Shown here piece after piece: positions 1 through 13,700 of a stretch of DNA of 64,000 bases; within the stretch, counting starts at the first letter, position 1; every line of letters begins with the position of its first letter. The stretch comes from Leucoraja ocellata (lineage: Eukaryota). Both the position numbers and the translations under genes were made by a program. The DNA lies in assembly GCA_036785375.1 (NCBI GenBank), contig JAWMAR010000061.1, positions 6,882,001-6,946,000 of the forward strand, written 5' to 3'. The notes beneath the pieces were generated by a model. It searched no databases. It saw only the letters and a program-made list of their open reading frames with translations, and was not told where the DNA came from.

Positions 1-259
1 TAAATGCAAATTCTCCATAATTCATGCATTTAGAGAATGAATTTCATTGTGAGTTTCTCATGCTTCCATGAGGTAGTATTTGGTATCATGAAAGTGAAAG
101 AAGCCAAACCTGATGTGTTATACATCGCTCGATGACAAGTTTTAATGCAGCCATGGGTTGGTGCAGAAAATGTACCATGCTTTAGAATACCAGAACAAAG
201 CTATTGCCCAACACACAAAAAATAGACAAGTTATTGGATATCTGAATTTGAAACGTGAG

Positions 260-890
260 CGATATTTCGGTTGCCCGGAAGCAACTCGGCCGGAAGTGTT
301 CCTGGCAAACTGGGCTAAGCCCTCCAGTAGCTCCGATGAATTAAAGCCAAACCGTCCAGTAGCCCCGGCTTGCCCGCTGGAGTCGTCGGACCCGGTGGTA
401 GGCCCGGCTTATTCGCCATGGACCTTAACGGGATCGCGCTGCGAGAGCGAGGAGGGACTCGCTGGATAGCACCATGAGCAAGATGGGCCATCAGAGAACG
501 AGGTGGGATGTCGGAAGCTCCCGGTGGGTGGTCTGTACGGGCCCGCGTTGAGGGTTGGAGGTCAGACGAGCCCTCGGTGGGTGCCAGAAGTTGGACGGAC
601 AAGCCGTGGTTGCCAGAGGTCAGACGGGCCTGTGTGGGTGCCCGAAGTCGATCGAAGATTCGCAGCCGATAGAACAAAGAGGGACTAGGTGTGGGGGAGC
701 GGCCCGGAACAAAGAGGGACTCGGCCTGGGGGACCGCTGAGATCGAAGAGAGGCCATTGGGGACTACATTGAACACTTGTAACTCTGTTGGCGCCATATA
801 CGTGGCAACTCTTTGCGTACTTTGTCTATGGTATGCCAGACAACGAATTTCACTGTGACATGTCACGTGATAATAAATTATCATTCATCT
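260..890 (+). mobile_element. GC/CpG-rich non-autonomous retroposon with LINE-type 3' tail
   Basis: Internal ~28-bp imperfect repeats; 3' GAATTTCACTGTG...AATAAA tail like other local elements (about 17750-18205 minus, 29750-30150 plus). Confidence 0.5.
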
Positions 891-1291
891 GTTCTATTCT
901 GAGGGAGCAGGCAGGTAACAGTTTGGGTGGTAGGAGGGGGACCTTTGTCTTTGGCATTCCGATACTGTTGAAGAAAATCAACAAGCCTTTTTATCCTTAT
1001 TGATGATTTTATTTAAGCCAAGACTACTGTTCATAATTACTTTGTGAATGCGCATGGTTCTTTTAAAATCCATACTGTGTAGGTAAAGCCAATATGTTAT
1101 CTTCATGGGCAACAATGTCAGTTTCACACTGATGTATGTTAAGCAAGTAATTTTGAAGGAATCTACATTCATCGTTAAGTTAAAAAGCCACTTAAGTTTT
1201 CATCAAGTGTACTCATGCTGCATCCATGACAGCAAAGTTACTGTATATGATAATGGGTAATGAGCAGATAATCTGTCAATGGCCCTGAAGA

Positions 1292-1430
1292 GGGGTGGGA
1301 GATTGTAACCTTCACGTGGTCCACCCTGTTTCGATGAATGCAATCAACCTGGCGTGCACAAACAGAAGATGAAACATAACAAGTTGTCTTACAACTTTAG
1401 GCTGTGCACGCCATATGCAAGAAGAAGAAG
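1292..1430 (+). mobile_element. Short (GAA)n-tailed retroposon family A, copy 1, with 5' HDV-like ribozyme fold (1292-1345)
   Basis: Homologous to 9923-10058 and 48949-49094; TSD CTGAAGA at 1285-1291 and 1433-1439. Confidence 0.85.
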
Positions 1431-4009
1431 TTCTGAAGAAAGGTCTCGACCCGAAAAGTCACCCATTCCTTCTCTCCAGAGATGCTTCCTGTCCCGCTGA
1501 GTTTCTCCAGCTTTTTGTGTCTATCCTAGTTGAGATGTTAGTCTGGAAAGAACAGCTGTTCTTCTTGAATGGTTCCTTGTGAGAGGCCAGATAAATGGCT
1601 TGGATTAACATTTCTTTAGAAATGCAACATCTCCAGTTGTACAGCACCATGTTAGAACTGCACTAAAGTGTCACCACAGGTTGTGACTAAGTGTTTCGAG
1701 CACGGCTTAAACAACTGGCCTTGCCGACTCAGAAGCATTAGCACTTGGCTAGCACATTTTATAATAGAGCTCAGTAGCAGATAAGGAGACATGATAAGCA
1801 CATAGTCAAATGTACATCAGCAGCTTGATTTAACGAGAGAGAGAGAGACAGAAAGCATTCGTGTACTGCTAGAAAGGAAAAATCGGTATGGGGCAAAAAA
1901 TAGTAGCTATGTTGGCTGATATATATCCTACATTTAATCTTTCAAATGTATTAATCCTACACTATTAATTATTGAAAAAGACTTTGCTGCTCTGATGATG
2001 TTAACTATTATTTTTAATCCAGAACAGGTAGTCTTAACATAAGATACTTGTCAAGTCTTCATAAATTCTGAACCAGGAAAATAAGGACCATTAGTGGCAT
2101 CTAGCTTCTTTTAAGCAAAATATGTCAAGGCACATCACACGGTGTAATTGAATGCAAATAAAATAGCAAGCATGAAGAAGAATTAAGAATCTTAAAGAAC
2201 AACTTAATTGAGATAACATTTGGGTTTAGGGAGAGAATACCAGAACTTGAGTCCGGAATCTAAGTGCACAGCCAGCAATGATTTTAGATGAGGATGGGCA
2301 TGGGGCCAGGAATAGGGTTGCATATTACAGCTAGTTGATATAGCATTTGCATAGCTATTAATACTGAATCATTAAGAGCTTATTTAAAAGCATTCTTGCC
2401 TGAGTGTTTAAATTGGAGGCCCCATTTATTGAAAGATATGATCTTTAAGAGACAACTTGATGAGTTCACTTCCATCACGTCCACTGGCTTGTCCTCCAAA
2501 TGCGAAGCAATTAAAAATTGAGCAAAATTACAAAGATAGGTGCAGCAAATGAGCCTTGAGTTACCTGCCAGATTAAGTGGGTCAGCAAGCAGCATATCAT
2601 TGAAATCAGGCATGCCTGCTGTTGGATTCTGAGTTGATTGAGTTAGTATATCTTTAGAGTGGTATTAAGATTACCAGTCCCTAGTGTTTAATTCCTAATT
2701 TAACATGAGAACGTTAAAAAAAGGTACAAGAAAATATGGCCCTTCAAAATTCTGTAATTCAATAAATGATGGGTGATCTAATCAATGACCTAACCTCCAT
2801 AACCCAATTGCCCTGATCATTCATTAGTCACAGGGTTTCAGCCTTGAAAATCCTGAATGACTGCACTCACTTCTTTAGGGTACAGAATTGCTCAGATCCA
2901 CAAATCTCAATGAGAAGACTTTCCTCACATCAACTTCAAATGAGCGATCCCTTATACTAAACATTCCTTCATTCTAGACTGTCCCATGGGAAGAAACCTT
3001 CTCTCTGTGTCTATCCTGTCAAGCCCACACCTTCCTCCCCCTGACTCTTGTAAGTTTCAATGAGCTCATTCCCCCTGCAGCACAATCTTTTCTTCAAGCC
3101 GATCTTTCAGTGTGGGGATCAATCTATTGCACTGCTATTACACTATCCTTCTCTGCACTGGCTCCAAGGGAGATCAAAACCTTATATGACACTAGGTTCA
3201 GTCTTGCCAAAGTCCTATACTGCTGCAGCAAGTTCTCTGGTTTTTCCTCGTGCAGTAAAGGCCAACATTCCTTTTACTTTCCTAATTACTTTATATGCCG
3301 AAAGTTTGGTTTCTTGTATGAGGAACGATTTTAGCCCAAGGTAGGAGTTGATCTACTTTCTGGATCATCAGTCCAGGTTTGCAGATTTATTGCAATGTCA
3401 CAGCTACTTGTCTTTTTCATATTTCTTTCTGACATTAAAGGAATCTGTTCGACTGGTTGAGTCTGTGCCAGCTTCCAGAGTAACCTTGCCAATCCCATTT
3501 CCCCCACTTATTGTAATTTTAACATTCTCTTTAATTAATTCAATTTTCCATTAACACCCCACTGATTCTCCTGTGCTCTTATTTAAAAGAAGATTTACGT
3601 ATACCAACCTGCACGTCTTTAGGATATGGGTGGAGACCAGAGCATCTGGAAGAAATCCACGTAGCCACGAGGAAAACATGCAAACACCAGTATTCAAGCA
3701 GAGCCGCTAGAGTTATTTTGGAAATTGAATACAGCAGGCAAACCCTACTGAATAGCCACAGAAATGTCGACAACCCCCCATCACCACCGAGACCCCAGCA
3801 GAAACCGAAACCAGGAGTAAAGAGAGCCCAGCCACCTCGAGTCCTCACCAGAAGGGAAAGTTGATTCAAGAGGGAGTCGGGGAAGAACAAGAAGAGGTTT
3901 AGCAGATAATGCTGAAAGGAGAAGAGTCACAGAAAATGACAACAAAAAAACAAAGGGCTGATGAGAACAATGGCTCTGTCATGGGGAGCGAGCGGCTGAC
4001 CATCCCACC

Positions 4010-4172
4010 ACTGCTAGTGACATCCTGCCCTGTTCTCCTTGGTGACTTCAACTACATCATCAACGCAGTTGTTTGATTCAGTGGTGCCTACAGCACGCTG
4101 GACAGCGCCTCTAGGTTCCCGATGGGGGCAGTCAAAGATGCATAGCTCTGCAACACCTTCAGCGACCTTGCA
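4010..4172 (+). mobile_element. Degenerate Tx1/L1-type APE endonuclease remnant
   Basis: PVLLGDFNYIINAVV*FSGAYSTLDSASRFPMGAVKDA*, GDFN motif with stops. Confidence 0.5.
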
Positions 4173-4349
4173 GGGTAAGGAGACCTGCAATAGCCGGCCT
4201 GGCTTGTGGCGGACCGACGACGGAGGCCCCGCCCGTTGTGGATCGATGGTGGCGTACCTGCCCGCTGCAGCCCGCTGAGGATTGAGGACACCCGGTAGGT
4301 CAGCAGGACAGGCATCAGCTCTGGAGAGAAGGAATGGGTAACATTTCAG

Positions 4350-4690
4350 GTTGGCCTGGTTCAGCAACTTGAACATCCAGGAGCGGAAAAGACTGCAAAA
4401 AGTTGTGATCACTGCCCAGTCCATCACCGGCTCTGACCTCCCCACCAGCAAAGTGATTTATCGGAGTCGCTGCCTCAAAAAGACAGCTAACGTCATCAGA
4501 GACCCACACCATCCTGGCCGCACACTCATTTCACCACTGCCATCAGGAAGAAGGTACAGAAGCCTGAAAACTAATGTCCAGGTTCAGGAACAGCTTCTTT
4601 CCTTCAGCCTTCAGGCTATTAAACACGACACCAAGTAAGCTCTGAACTGCAACACACTTAATGCACTATAATTGTTTGTTTTTTGAGTAT
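4350..4690 (+). mobile_element. Rex/Babar-like LINE 3' fragment followed by (TG)/(TA)/(CA) microsatellite (4689-4762)
   Basis: WFSNLNIQERKRLQKVVITAQSITG...DPHHPG...LPSGRRYRSL. Confidence 0.7.
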
Positions 4691-6526
4691 GTATGTGTGT
4701 GTATGTATATGTGTGTGTATATATATATATGTGTGTGTGTGTATATATATATATACACACACGCACTGAACTTTTTTTTTCTCGTTTATGTACTATGTTT
4801 ACATGTTCTGTTGTGCTGCAGCAAGTAAGAATTTAATTGTTCTATATGGGACATATGACAAAAACACTGGACTCTTCAGACCTACTTATGTGTTCCTCTT
4901 ACGCCCTCTGCTGTGTGGTGATGCAATCTACATCAAAAGTTTTTTCTCACCTTGTGCAAAATTAGAATGATTCAGGGGTCGACTGTTTTATACTTTTAGC
5001 ACTTATCCAAGTCATTATTCATCTTGTGGCTTGTATAATTATTGAATTCCTTGCCTCATGAATTCTGAGATGCTTAAAATGATTCGAGGCATTTGATAGG
5101 ATAGCTAGATACAAGCTATTGATTCTGGTGGTATAATTCTAAATTTAAAAAAAACATAATCTTAACTTGGAATTGTGCTATTTAATGGAAGTTGTTTTAC
5201 ATGCAGAGGGTAGTGTTAATCTGAGACTTCATAAGAAATTGCAGATACATAAAATGTTCATCATTGCTTAACTTTGGTTGAGCAAGGATTACTGCGCAGA
5301 AATAGATAAAAAGGAATTGTGATATAGATCAGACACAATCTAATTCAATAGCCTAGCCCCATTCTTAGAAACAAATGGAAAAACTCAATCTGTTCAACCA
5401 TGGCTTATCTTAAGAGTATCTCAGTTTAAAGAATAGGCCAGAGTGACCTGCGTTTACATAATGATTTCTAATATCCATTTCAGCATATCCTGAAATGTTT
5501 CACAACATATTAATTACTTGCCTGCTTTACAGTGGAAAATATGATAGACAATTAATGCATGGAAAAGTCTCACAAACAGCAACCTAATAATGACTAGGTA
5601 ATCTGCTTTTACTGATGCTGACAGAAGAGCAAGTATTGGCCAGAACACCAGTCACAACTGTTCTACTTTTAAAATGGTACCTCGGATTTTTACATCCACG
5701 CGTGAAGATAGATTCATGGTTTGGTGTTTCAAATAAATGACGATTTAAACCCATAATCTTTTAATTTAGAGATGTATTGCCTACTGAAGGACTTATTAAA
5801 AGAAAGTATACAATATTGCTTCAAATTATATACTGAGACTAAAGTACACAGATTCTCACAATAAAATGAATATTGCATCAACAACAGCAGCGCTGTTGTA
5901 AGACTGTCACCTGGAATGGGCTTCCAGCTGGAGTGGTGAGAAAACAACTGGAAAATGTAAATAGAAACAACAAATGGAAACTCTCAGCGTTTTGCAGCTG
6001 TATGAGCTGAAAATGGGTCAATTGGCCTTCCTCAACTGTAATTATCCTGTCATCTTTGATAAATTACTATGGTGTATAATTATTCTGTTGCTATTGGTTG
6101 AAATTGTTCTAATGTAACATCGGGAAAAATTGGTAGCATAAACCGTCATGAATGTAAACTGATGTGACTTGATGTTCTGAGTGCCGGAAATAAAATAACA
6201 CTTGGAAAAGAAAGACACAAAACTTTATAGATGGAACCTTTGTCATATTTATGCGGTAATTTAAAGTACTGGATGTGCGGTACTGGATGGGATCTCAATT
6301 TGAAAATGATCAGTGGCTAGAAATAAAAATGAACATATATACCTGTGATTTTTGGTTTTGGTGAGTGGTAAATGCAGTATTTTTAAGTTATTCTGTAAGA
6401 AATTCTAGCATGTTATTAATAACACAATCTATTTATATCAGTGTAAATGTGTAGGAAAGAACTGCAGATGCTGGTTTAAATCGAAGGTAGACACAAAATG
6501 CTGGAGTAACTCAGCGGAACAGACAG

Positions 6527-6954
6527 NNNNNNNNNNNNNNNNNNNNNNNNNNNNNNNNNNNNNNNNNNNNNNNNNNNNNNNNNNNNNNNNNNNNNNNNNN
6601 NNNNNNNNNNNNNNNNNNNNNNNNNNNNNNNNNNNNNNNNNNNNNNNNNNNNNNNNNNNNNNNNNNNNNNNNNNNNNNNNNNNNNNNNNNNNNNNNNNNN
6701 NNNNNNNNNNNNNNNNNNNNNNNNNNNNNNNNNNNNNNNNNNNNNNNNNNNNNNNNNNNNNNNNNNNNNNNNNNNNNNNNNNNNNNNNNNNNNNNNNNNN
6801 NNNNNNNNNNNNNNNNNNNNNNNNNNNNNNNNNNNNNNNNNNNNNNNNNNNNNNNNNNNNNNNNNNNNNNNNNNNNNNNNNNNNNNNNNNNNNNNNNNNN
6901 NNNNNNNNNNNNNNNNNNNNNNNNNNNNNNNNNNNNNNNNNNNNNNNNNNNNNN
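6527..6954. other. Assembly gap (428 N)
   Basis: Run of N starting inside a Penelope terminal repeat. Confidence 0.99.
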
Positions 6955-7695
6955 TATTGTTTCCAACTGGTGATCACCCTTGCTACTTTTTTTAACAAAG
7001 ATTGTGTATTAAATTGCGAATAAATTTTCCAGAATTTAATTTACCAGATATGCATGAGAAGCAGAGCGAGGATGATAGAGTTCTGAAGTTGAGTTGTGTG
7101 ATTGAAACCCTGTGCTGTGCAGCAAAGCTTTCCTGTGGTAGGATCCTCCATAGGTCACCTCTGTACAAACTGAAACACCTCAAGCGAATAAGAGAGATAC
7201 ATCATTCTCGTGACTGCTGCTGGCCCATGTGTCCAGAGTGCAGTGAAGAAGTTCATTTATCTACTTTAACAGTCCTTTCAAAATGCCAGATACATTGTGC
7301 AGCCAGGCAGTACCTCGATGTACAGTAACTTGACAAAATTTACAGTTGCATCTTAACTGGTTGAATACTTACCTCCCCATTTCACATCAGAACTTTTTTT
7401 TAGAAAGCATTTTTGAATGAGTTGATTCTGACAATAAGGCACATTTATATCCCTCAGAAATGTAATATTTTGATTATCCAATGTTCGTAGAGGCCAACAC
7501 GTGTATTAAGCATTCTGAATTTGAATTCAGTACTCGGGCTTTAGGTTTTGCTATACTTCTGCAACTGCATGTGTATTATTTGCTGCACTGTGAGCCTTGA
7601 AAATCATTTGTCAGGAATTCAGCACTCAAAGCAAGAGTAATCTTTACTCTGTTGCCTAGAGGTAAATCTGAGGATTGTACGTATTTTGTTTGCAG

Positions 7696-7779
7696 GAAGG
7701 ATTTTCTCTCATTGAAGCTCACAAATGGTGGAAAGCAGTACGGAACGCAGATTGCGTGCTCTTTGGATCTAAAGTTAAG
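7696..7779 (+). CDS. REC114: REC114 internal exon (84 nt)
   Basis: tttgcag|GAAGGA...GTTAAG|gtaaga; EGFSLIEAHKWWKAVRNADCVLFGSKVK. Confidence 0.93.
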
Positions 7780-10700
7780 GTAAGATATTGTAGCTTTCTT
7801 CTTGGACTGGAACGAGAATTTGATTTTGCCAGTGTATTTTATTTTGATTCTTCAGCTTTTATTTCCTGGTAAGATTCCAAGTTGACTTCAATGGAACCAA
7901 GAATCATTAGTGAACTACAACCTGTTTATATTTTGTGTACTGGAGTAAGGATGGATTGCTACCCTACTGTTTCAATGCTTAAATGTAAAGTTTTTGAAGT
8001 TTCCCCTCATTATCAGTTTACTCTCCCTATTGTCACCCCGTCAAATGTAATTGTTTGTAGCATCTCTGAACAGCTGACAAATAGATAATATCTAAGTTCC
8101 ATTTATCCGGCAGTGAAACTAACAACTTAATGATGAATTGAAGCAATTTGAGAGTTCATGCTGTGAAATCATGCTGTGTCATCTAAGAATAGCTTTCAAA
8201 AGAATGTACAAACCTTGTAGAATCTAAATACGTTTGATTCTAAGAAGTTTTGACAGTTCATATAGAGCAAGTAATTATTCTATTTAGTTAAAAACTGAAA
8301 ATGTGAATAAAGTGCCTTCATTTGTTCTCCTTGATAGAATGAAAGCCGAATGTTTCGAGTGCAGTTCAACGGAGATTCACACAAGCAAGCTCTAGAGCAC
8401 TGCTCCAACTGTGTGCAAAAACTACTCCTGTATATACATGTACAATATGCTGCGGGAAAGACTGTGAATGAAGCTCCGTTGTTGAGCCAGCCAGCTGACA
8501 GCAACCAGTCTGGAAGTCTGGAGTTGGAGGTAGGATAGCAGAGAGTGAATTAACAGCTACCACCCAGCTCCAGTTTATTTTGATGCAATTTATTGTAAAG
8601 TCCTAATCTGACCACGGCGCTTATGTTCGTGTAACAGTGTAATGTTGACATGCTATCAAACATTCAAGATGAACACTCTTGATAACATGAATGCTTTGTA
8701 CCTGCAAAATCTCATGCAGCACTGACAAGCAACTTATCTGCAAGTGGTGTAACAGAGTAGGCCGCATTAAAAGCTGCACAGTGCGAGTAGAATCACTATT
8801 TGTGCTGGTGTTGGTGAGCAAGACCAGCTGTCATTTTCTTAAGCTATACCTCAACATTAATATGTCTTTGCTAGAAATACTCTGTAAACTATTTATCTTT
8901 TCTCATTAAGCATATACAGTAATGATGGTGAAATTATGGTTATTCCCACCACTTTATAATTTGTTTTCAATGCAGTTGTGTCTGAACTAATTACCCAGCT
9001 GAAAAACTGAAGTCGGGGGACACTTGGAAACTTTAACAGCTAAAATGAGAGCTGCCATAGAGGAAATTAGTTGTCATTGGAAACCAGCATCATAGCACCA
9101 ACATATCGCAACATGAATTCTTCATAGATCAATAGCTGCTTTATTAATGGCCTCCTGTCATAAGGTCAGTTTCAGCATGTTGACTAACACTTTGGCAGTT
9201 CTTGGCTCCATACATAGCTCCTTTGATAATGAGGCAACCCATGTCATCCTACAACAGGAACTGGATGATACCAGATTTTAGATGAAATTTAACAGGTAAT
9301 ATTTCCAGCACACAAGTGACAAATAATGACGAGAAAGTCCAGGCACATTTTTTTTACCTTCAATTGTGCCAGCAACAGCAACAATTTCTCTGGCATCCGT
9401 TACAGCAAAACAGATTTAAATGCTGTTTAGCAGAAGAAATCAAGTATCATTTGACATTGAATAGTTAAAGGCAAGGCTGGACAAGGCACAGGGGTGGGGG
9501 GCGCGTTATGTCCTGTTGACAAAAAGCATAATCATAATAAATACCACCCAAAGAGTATACATTCAGTCATCAACAAAACTATTGCTGACGATACCTTCCA
9601 TCATGTTTATCAAGTGGCACTTGCTAAGGATGCCCAGTCTGCATTTTGTTTGGCTTCAGACCTCATAACAATCTTCATCGAAGCATATACCGAACAGTTG
9701 ATTTTCTTGATGTAAAAGCAGCATTTGAGCAAGGAAAGCATCAAGGTCTAATAAAAATGAAGTCAACAGACATGAAGGAGGAAAAGAACATAGATAGGAA
9801 GATAGTTCCAGTCAATTAAGCCAGTTCTAAGTTAACACTGCAGGAGTTCCAAAGGGTTATAGTCAAGGCTTAATCATTTTTAACTACTGTATCAATGATT
9901 TTCCTTCCATTATAGTGTCTGACGGGTGGAAGATTGCAACCTTCACGTGGTCCGCCCTGTTTCGGCTAATGCAATCAACTCGACGTGCACAAACAGAAGA
10001 TTAAATAGAACAAGTTGTCCTACAACTTTAGGCTGTGCACGCCACACGAAAGAAGAAGATAGTGTCAGAAATTGAGACGTTTGCTGATGGCTCCGCAATG
10101 TTCAATTCCATTCTCAATTCAGTAAATGAAGCAGTTAAAATCTGCATGCAACAAGACATAAATAACTTTCAGGCATGTACAGGGAATTGTCAAGTAACAT
10201 TCAGTTTAGTTTATTGTCACGTGTACCGGGATACAGTGAAAAACTTTTGGTGCATGCTAACCAGTCAGCAGAAAGACAAAACATGATTACAATCGAGCCA
10301 TTTACAGTGTACATGATACATGGTAAGGAAATAATGTTTAGTGCAAAGTAAAGACAGCAAAGTCCAATCAAGGATAGTCTGAGCGTCACCAATGAGGTAG
10401 ATAGTAGTTCAGCACTGTTCTCTGGGTGTGGTAGGATGATTCAGTTGCTGATAACAGCTGGGATGAAACTGTCCCTGAATCTGGAGGTATTTTCACACTT
10501 CTATACCTTTTGCCAGATGGGAGAAGAGTGGCCAGGGTGCAACTCATCCTTGATTATGCTGCTGGCCTTGCAGAGGCAGCGTGAGGTATAAATGGAGTCA
10601 ATAGAAGGGAGGTTGGTTTGTGTGATGGTCGGGACTGCTTCCACAATTCGCTGAAATGTCTTACTGTCTTGGATGGTGCTGCAATTTCTTACGGTCTTGG

Positions 10701-13700
10701 CCAAACTTCCTAAGCCTTCTCTGAAGAAGTGGAGGCGGTGTGCCACTGAAGACCAATACAATGACTATTCTTCACCTCCTGAGACATTCAGTGCCTTTAC
10801 TAAGATGAGAAACTCTGTCCCCATAAATACTGACTTAAGGTCAGGTCAGTGAGCGGTGATCCTGTGGTGATGACTGATGCATTCCAAAATGTTCCTAACT
10901 ATATGGAACACATCACTCACCATATGTCTGGATGTATCCAAGAAACTTGCCAAAATCCAGATACACAAGCTTACTTGATTGGCACCCTGTCAACTACCCT
11001 AAACATTAATTTCCTTCACATCCAGCATAGGGTGGCGGCAGTGTGCATCATCTACAAAATTCACTGTAGCTACTCACCCAGGTGGTTCTGACAGCACCTC
11101 CCACACCAAGAGGACAAAGACAACAGGTGGGTATACCACCTGCCAGTTCCTTCAGAATTGCTCACCATTATGACTGGCAAACACATTGCTGTTGCTTTGT
11201 CATCACTGAGCCTACATTTTTTAGCTTATTACCCAATGGTGTTTGTGCACTTTCACTGAAGGATTAGAGGCTCACAAAGCAGTCTCATCATCAAGCGACG
11301 AGTTCCATGCCAGTTCCACATAAATCTTCAAAACTAAATAAATGTGGAAAGACATCATGTGAAGGAAGGAACTGCAGATGCTGGTTTATACCAAAGATAG
11401 ACCCAAAATGTTGGAGTAACTCAGCGGGACAGGCAGCATCTGTGGAGAGAAGGAATGGGTGATGTTTCAGGTCGAGACCTTTCTTCAGAAAGATATATTA
11501 GTATTTGGTTATTTATACATTGATTTTTATTGGACCTTGTGTGTAAATTGGTTACTCTTTCCTATATGTTTATTGCAGACACGTGATACAGAGGAAGGGC
11601 AAACACTAACACAGAACACCCTTTCCGAGGGTAGGATGTCAATTAAGCAACTAGCAAAGGTAGGTAAAAATAATCAAGTTTTGTTTTGCATTTTAGTTTG
11701 AATCAAACCTTTTGCAATCAGGAAAAATTATTTCAGAGAATCAACCTTGCTACTTCTGAGTGAGATTCAGTGGAACTTGAATAGATTTTTTTTGACAAGC
11801 GCCATCTGGACTTGAAAACGGTTTCAGATTTAACTTGGCCTTTCAGTAGAGTTTGCAGAAGATGATCAGAAACTGTTTGGGTTTCCACACATTTATGCAA
11901 TGTCACGGCTTTCAATGCAATGAATGGATATTTGAAAAGATGTTATCTGGTAATCTGTTCTTTGTTCAAGGTTGTGTTCTGAAATGGGGTGTGGTGCAGA
12001 AGAGATAGCTGTCAGATTAACTGGCATGCAAAGGTCTGTGCAGTGTGGAACTTGAGAGAGATGAAGCAGTGGTGGTAGTTCCAATTCTAGTATAGATATA
12101 TGGTTTGGAAAACATAAGGGCTGGGTTCTTGATGGATCGTAATGTCAAGTGGCAATATTGTTAACCTCAGGGTTAAATGTTGAGGTAAAGCAGAGGGTCC
12201 AAGTGATGGATGTTTGAGGGAAGAGGAGGTAAATAGGAGTGGTGATGGGAAGGTGGGGTGAACATAGAATATTGACATCACATGAACAGGCCCCTCAGCC
12301 CATGATGTCTGCTGAACATGATACCAAGATAAATAAATCTCATGCACATGATCCATATCCCTCCATTCCATGTATATCTGTGTACCAATCTAAAACCCTC
12401 CTAAATGTCAATACTCCACTACCACCCCTGGCAGCGTGTTCCAGGCACCCACCGCTCTCTGTGTTAAAAAAAAAAATGCCTTCTGTGCTTTTATTTTAAA
12501 TAGAAAGATCCACATTATTTTTAGCAGTTGGGTCAATAAACAGAGCATAGTTCTCATGTAATAGTCATAAGAGGAGTTGAGAAATATAAAAACATCCTAA
12601 GAATGTTGAGCATCTGGAATCACTGCCTGAAACCCTTGTCTCATTCAGCGAGTACATGGACAAACCCAAGAACTGGTGACCCAACAATAAGACATGGAAA
12701 ATAAGATTGGTCATAATAAGTGTTATTTAGGGTGAGGTACAAATCGTGGGACAGTCACATCTTGTGCCATACATTTCTATGATTCCATCAGTATCTTTTT
12801 CTTACTGATGTACGTCTATTTTACACTTGGTGATCAACAAGTAATGAAAAGATAACCAAGAAGTAGGAGAAATTGCAAAAGAGGTTAAGAAAAGGCCTGA
12901 TTAACAATGGAATGCCATTGTTTCTGCATATATTTTGTTTAATGTGACCACAAAACAAATGTAATTCTGCTGCAGACTAAATTATTATCCGTTTTAAAAC
13001 CTGGTGTTTGTGTTGAAAGAGTGAGATACGATAATTTACTTGAGAAATGTTGATGATAATAACATAATTTAATCAATTCGTGCATAGACCTCATCAAAAT
13101 TATGATTTCAACCTGGATTAGCATCAGAATCCGTTTACAATTGCCAATCAGCCACATTTGGGTGAATTTGGAAATGGTAAAATAAATATCTAAATCGTGA
13201 TGAAAAGCTCACTTTGTGATGCTGTTTAGGCGCAACAGACTATGTGTTTGATAAATCCTTGATTTTCTTTCAACATTACATAGGAACATTGTGCTGTGTC
13301 TTACATTTCTCGGAGAGTTTTGAAGTGTGTCCTCTTGGGCACCATACATGACATTAGAACCTGTATACTTGTATACACAGCACACTAGCAAAAATCAAAC
13401 TGCTGGAGGAATGCTGTGGATCAGGCAACATCTACTGAGGGAATGGACAGATGATGTTTTAGGTTGGCATGCATCAGTCCCTCTGGCATTACTGGATGCT
13501 CCTGCTCAATACTGCATGGAAACAGAATGATGTGATTACATAGTCACTAGCTCTTGCATTCCATTCCTGAAAGAGACAGATGAAACAAAGGTGGTTATAT
13601 GCTCTGAGCTTCAGGAACCCTGTCTCACGTTGCAGATGGAAACAAGGTTATTTGCCAGGGCAACTTCAAATTGAAGTCAGACAAGATTCAACTCTTTCAC

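Noticed and set aside
158-884. Overlapping 103-189 aa ORFs on both strands
   Set aside because: Fall in a GC-rich repeat with a LINE-type tail; no recognisable protein motif.
6438-6998. Long ORFs containing X runs
   Set aside because: Artefacts of the N gap.
1-7695. Search for REC114 exons 1-2
   Set aside because: No matching peptide found; probably upstream of the window or in the gap.
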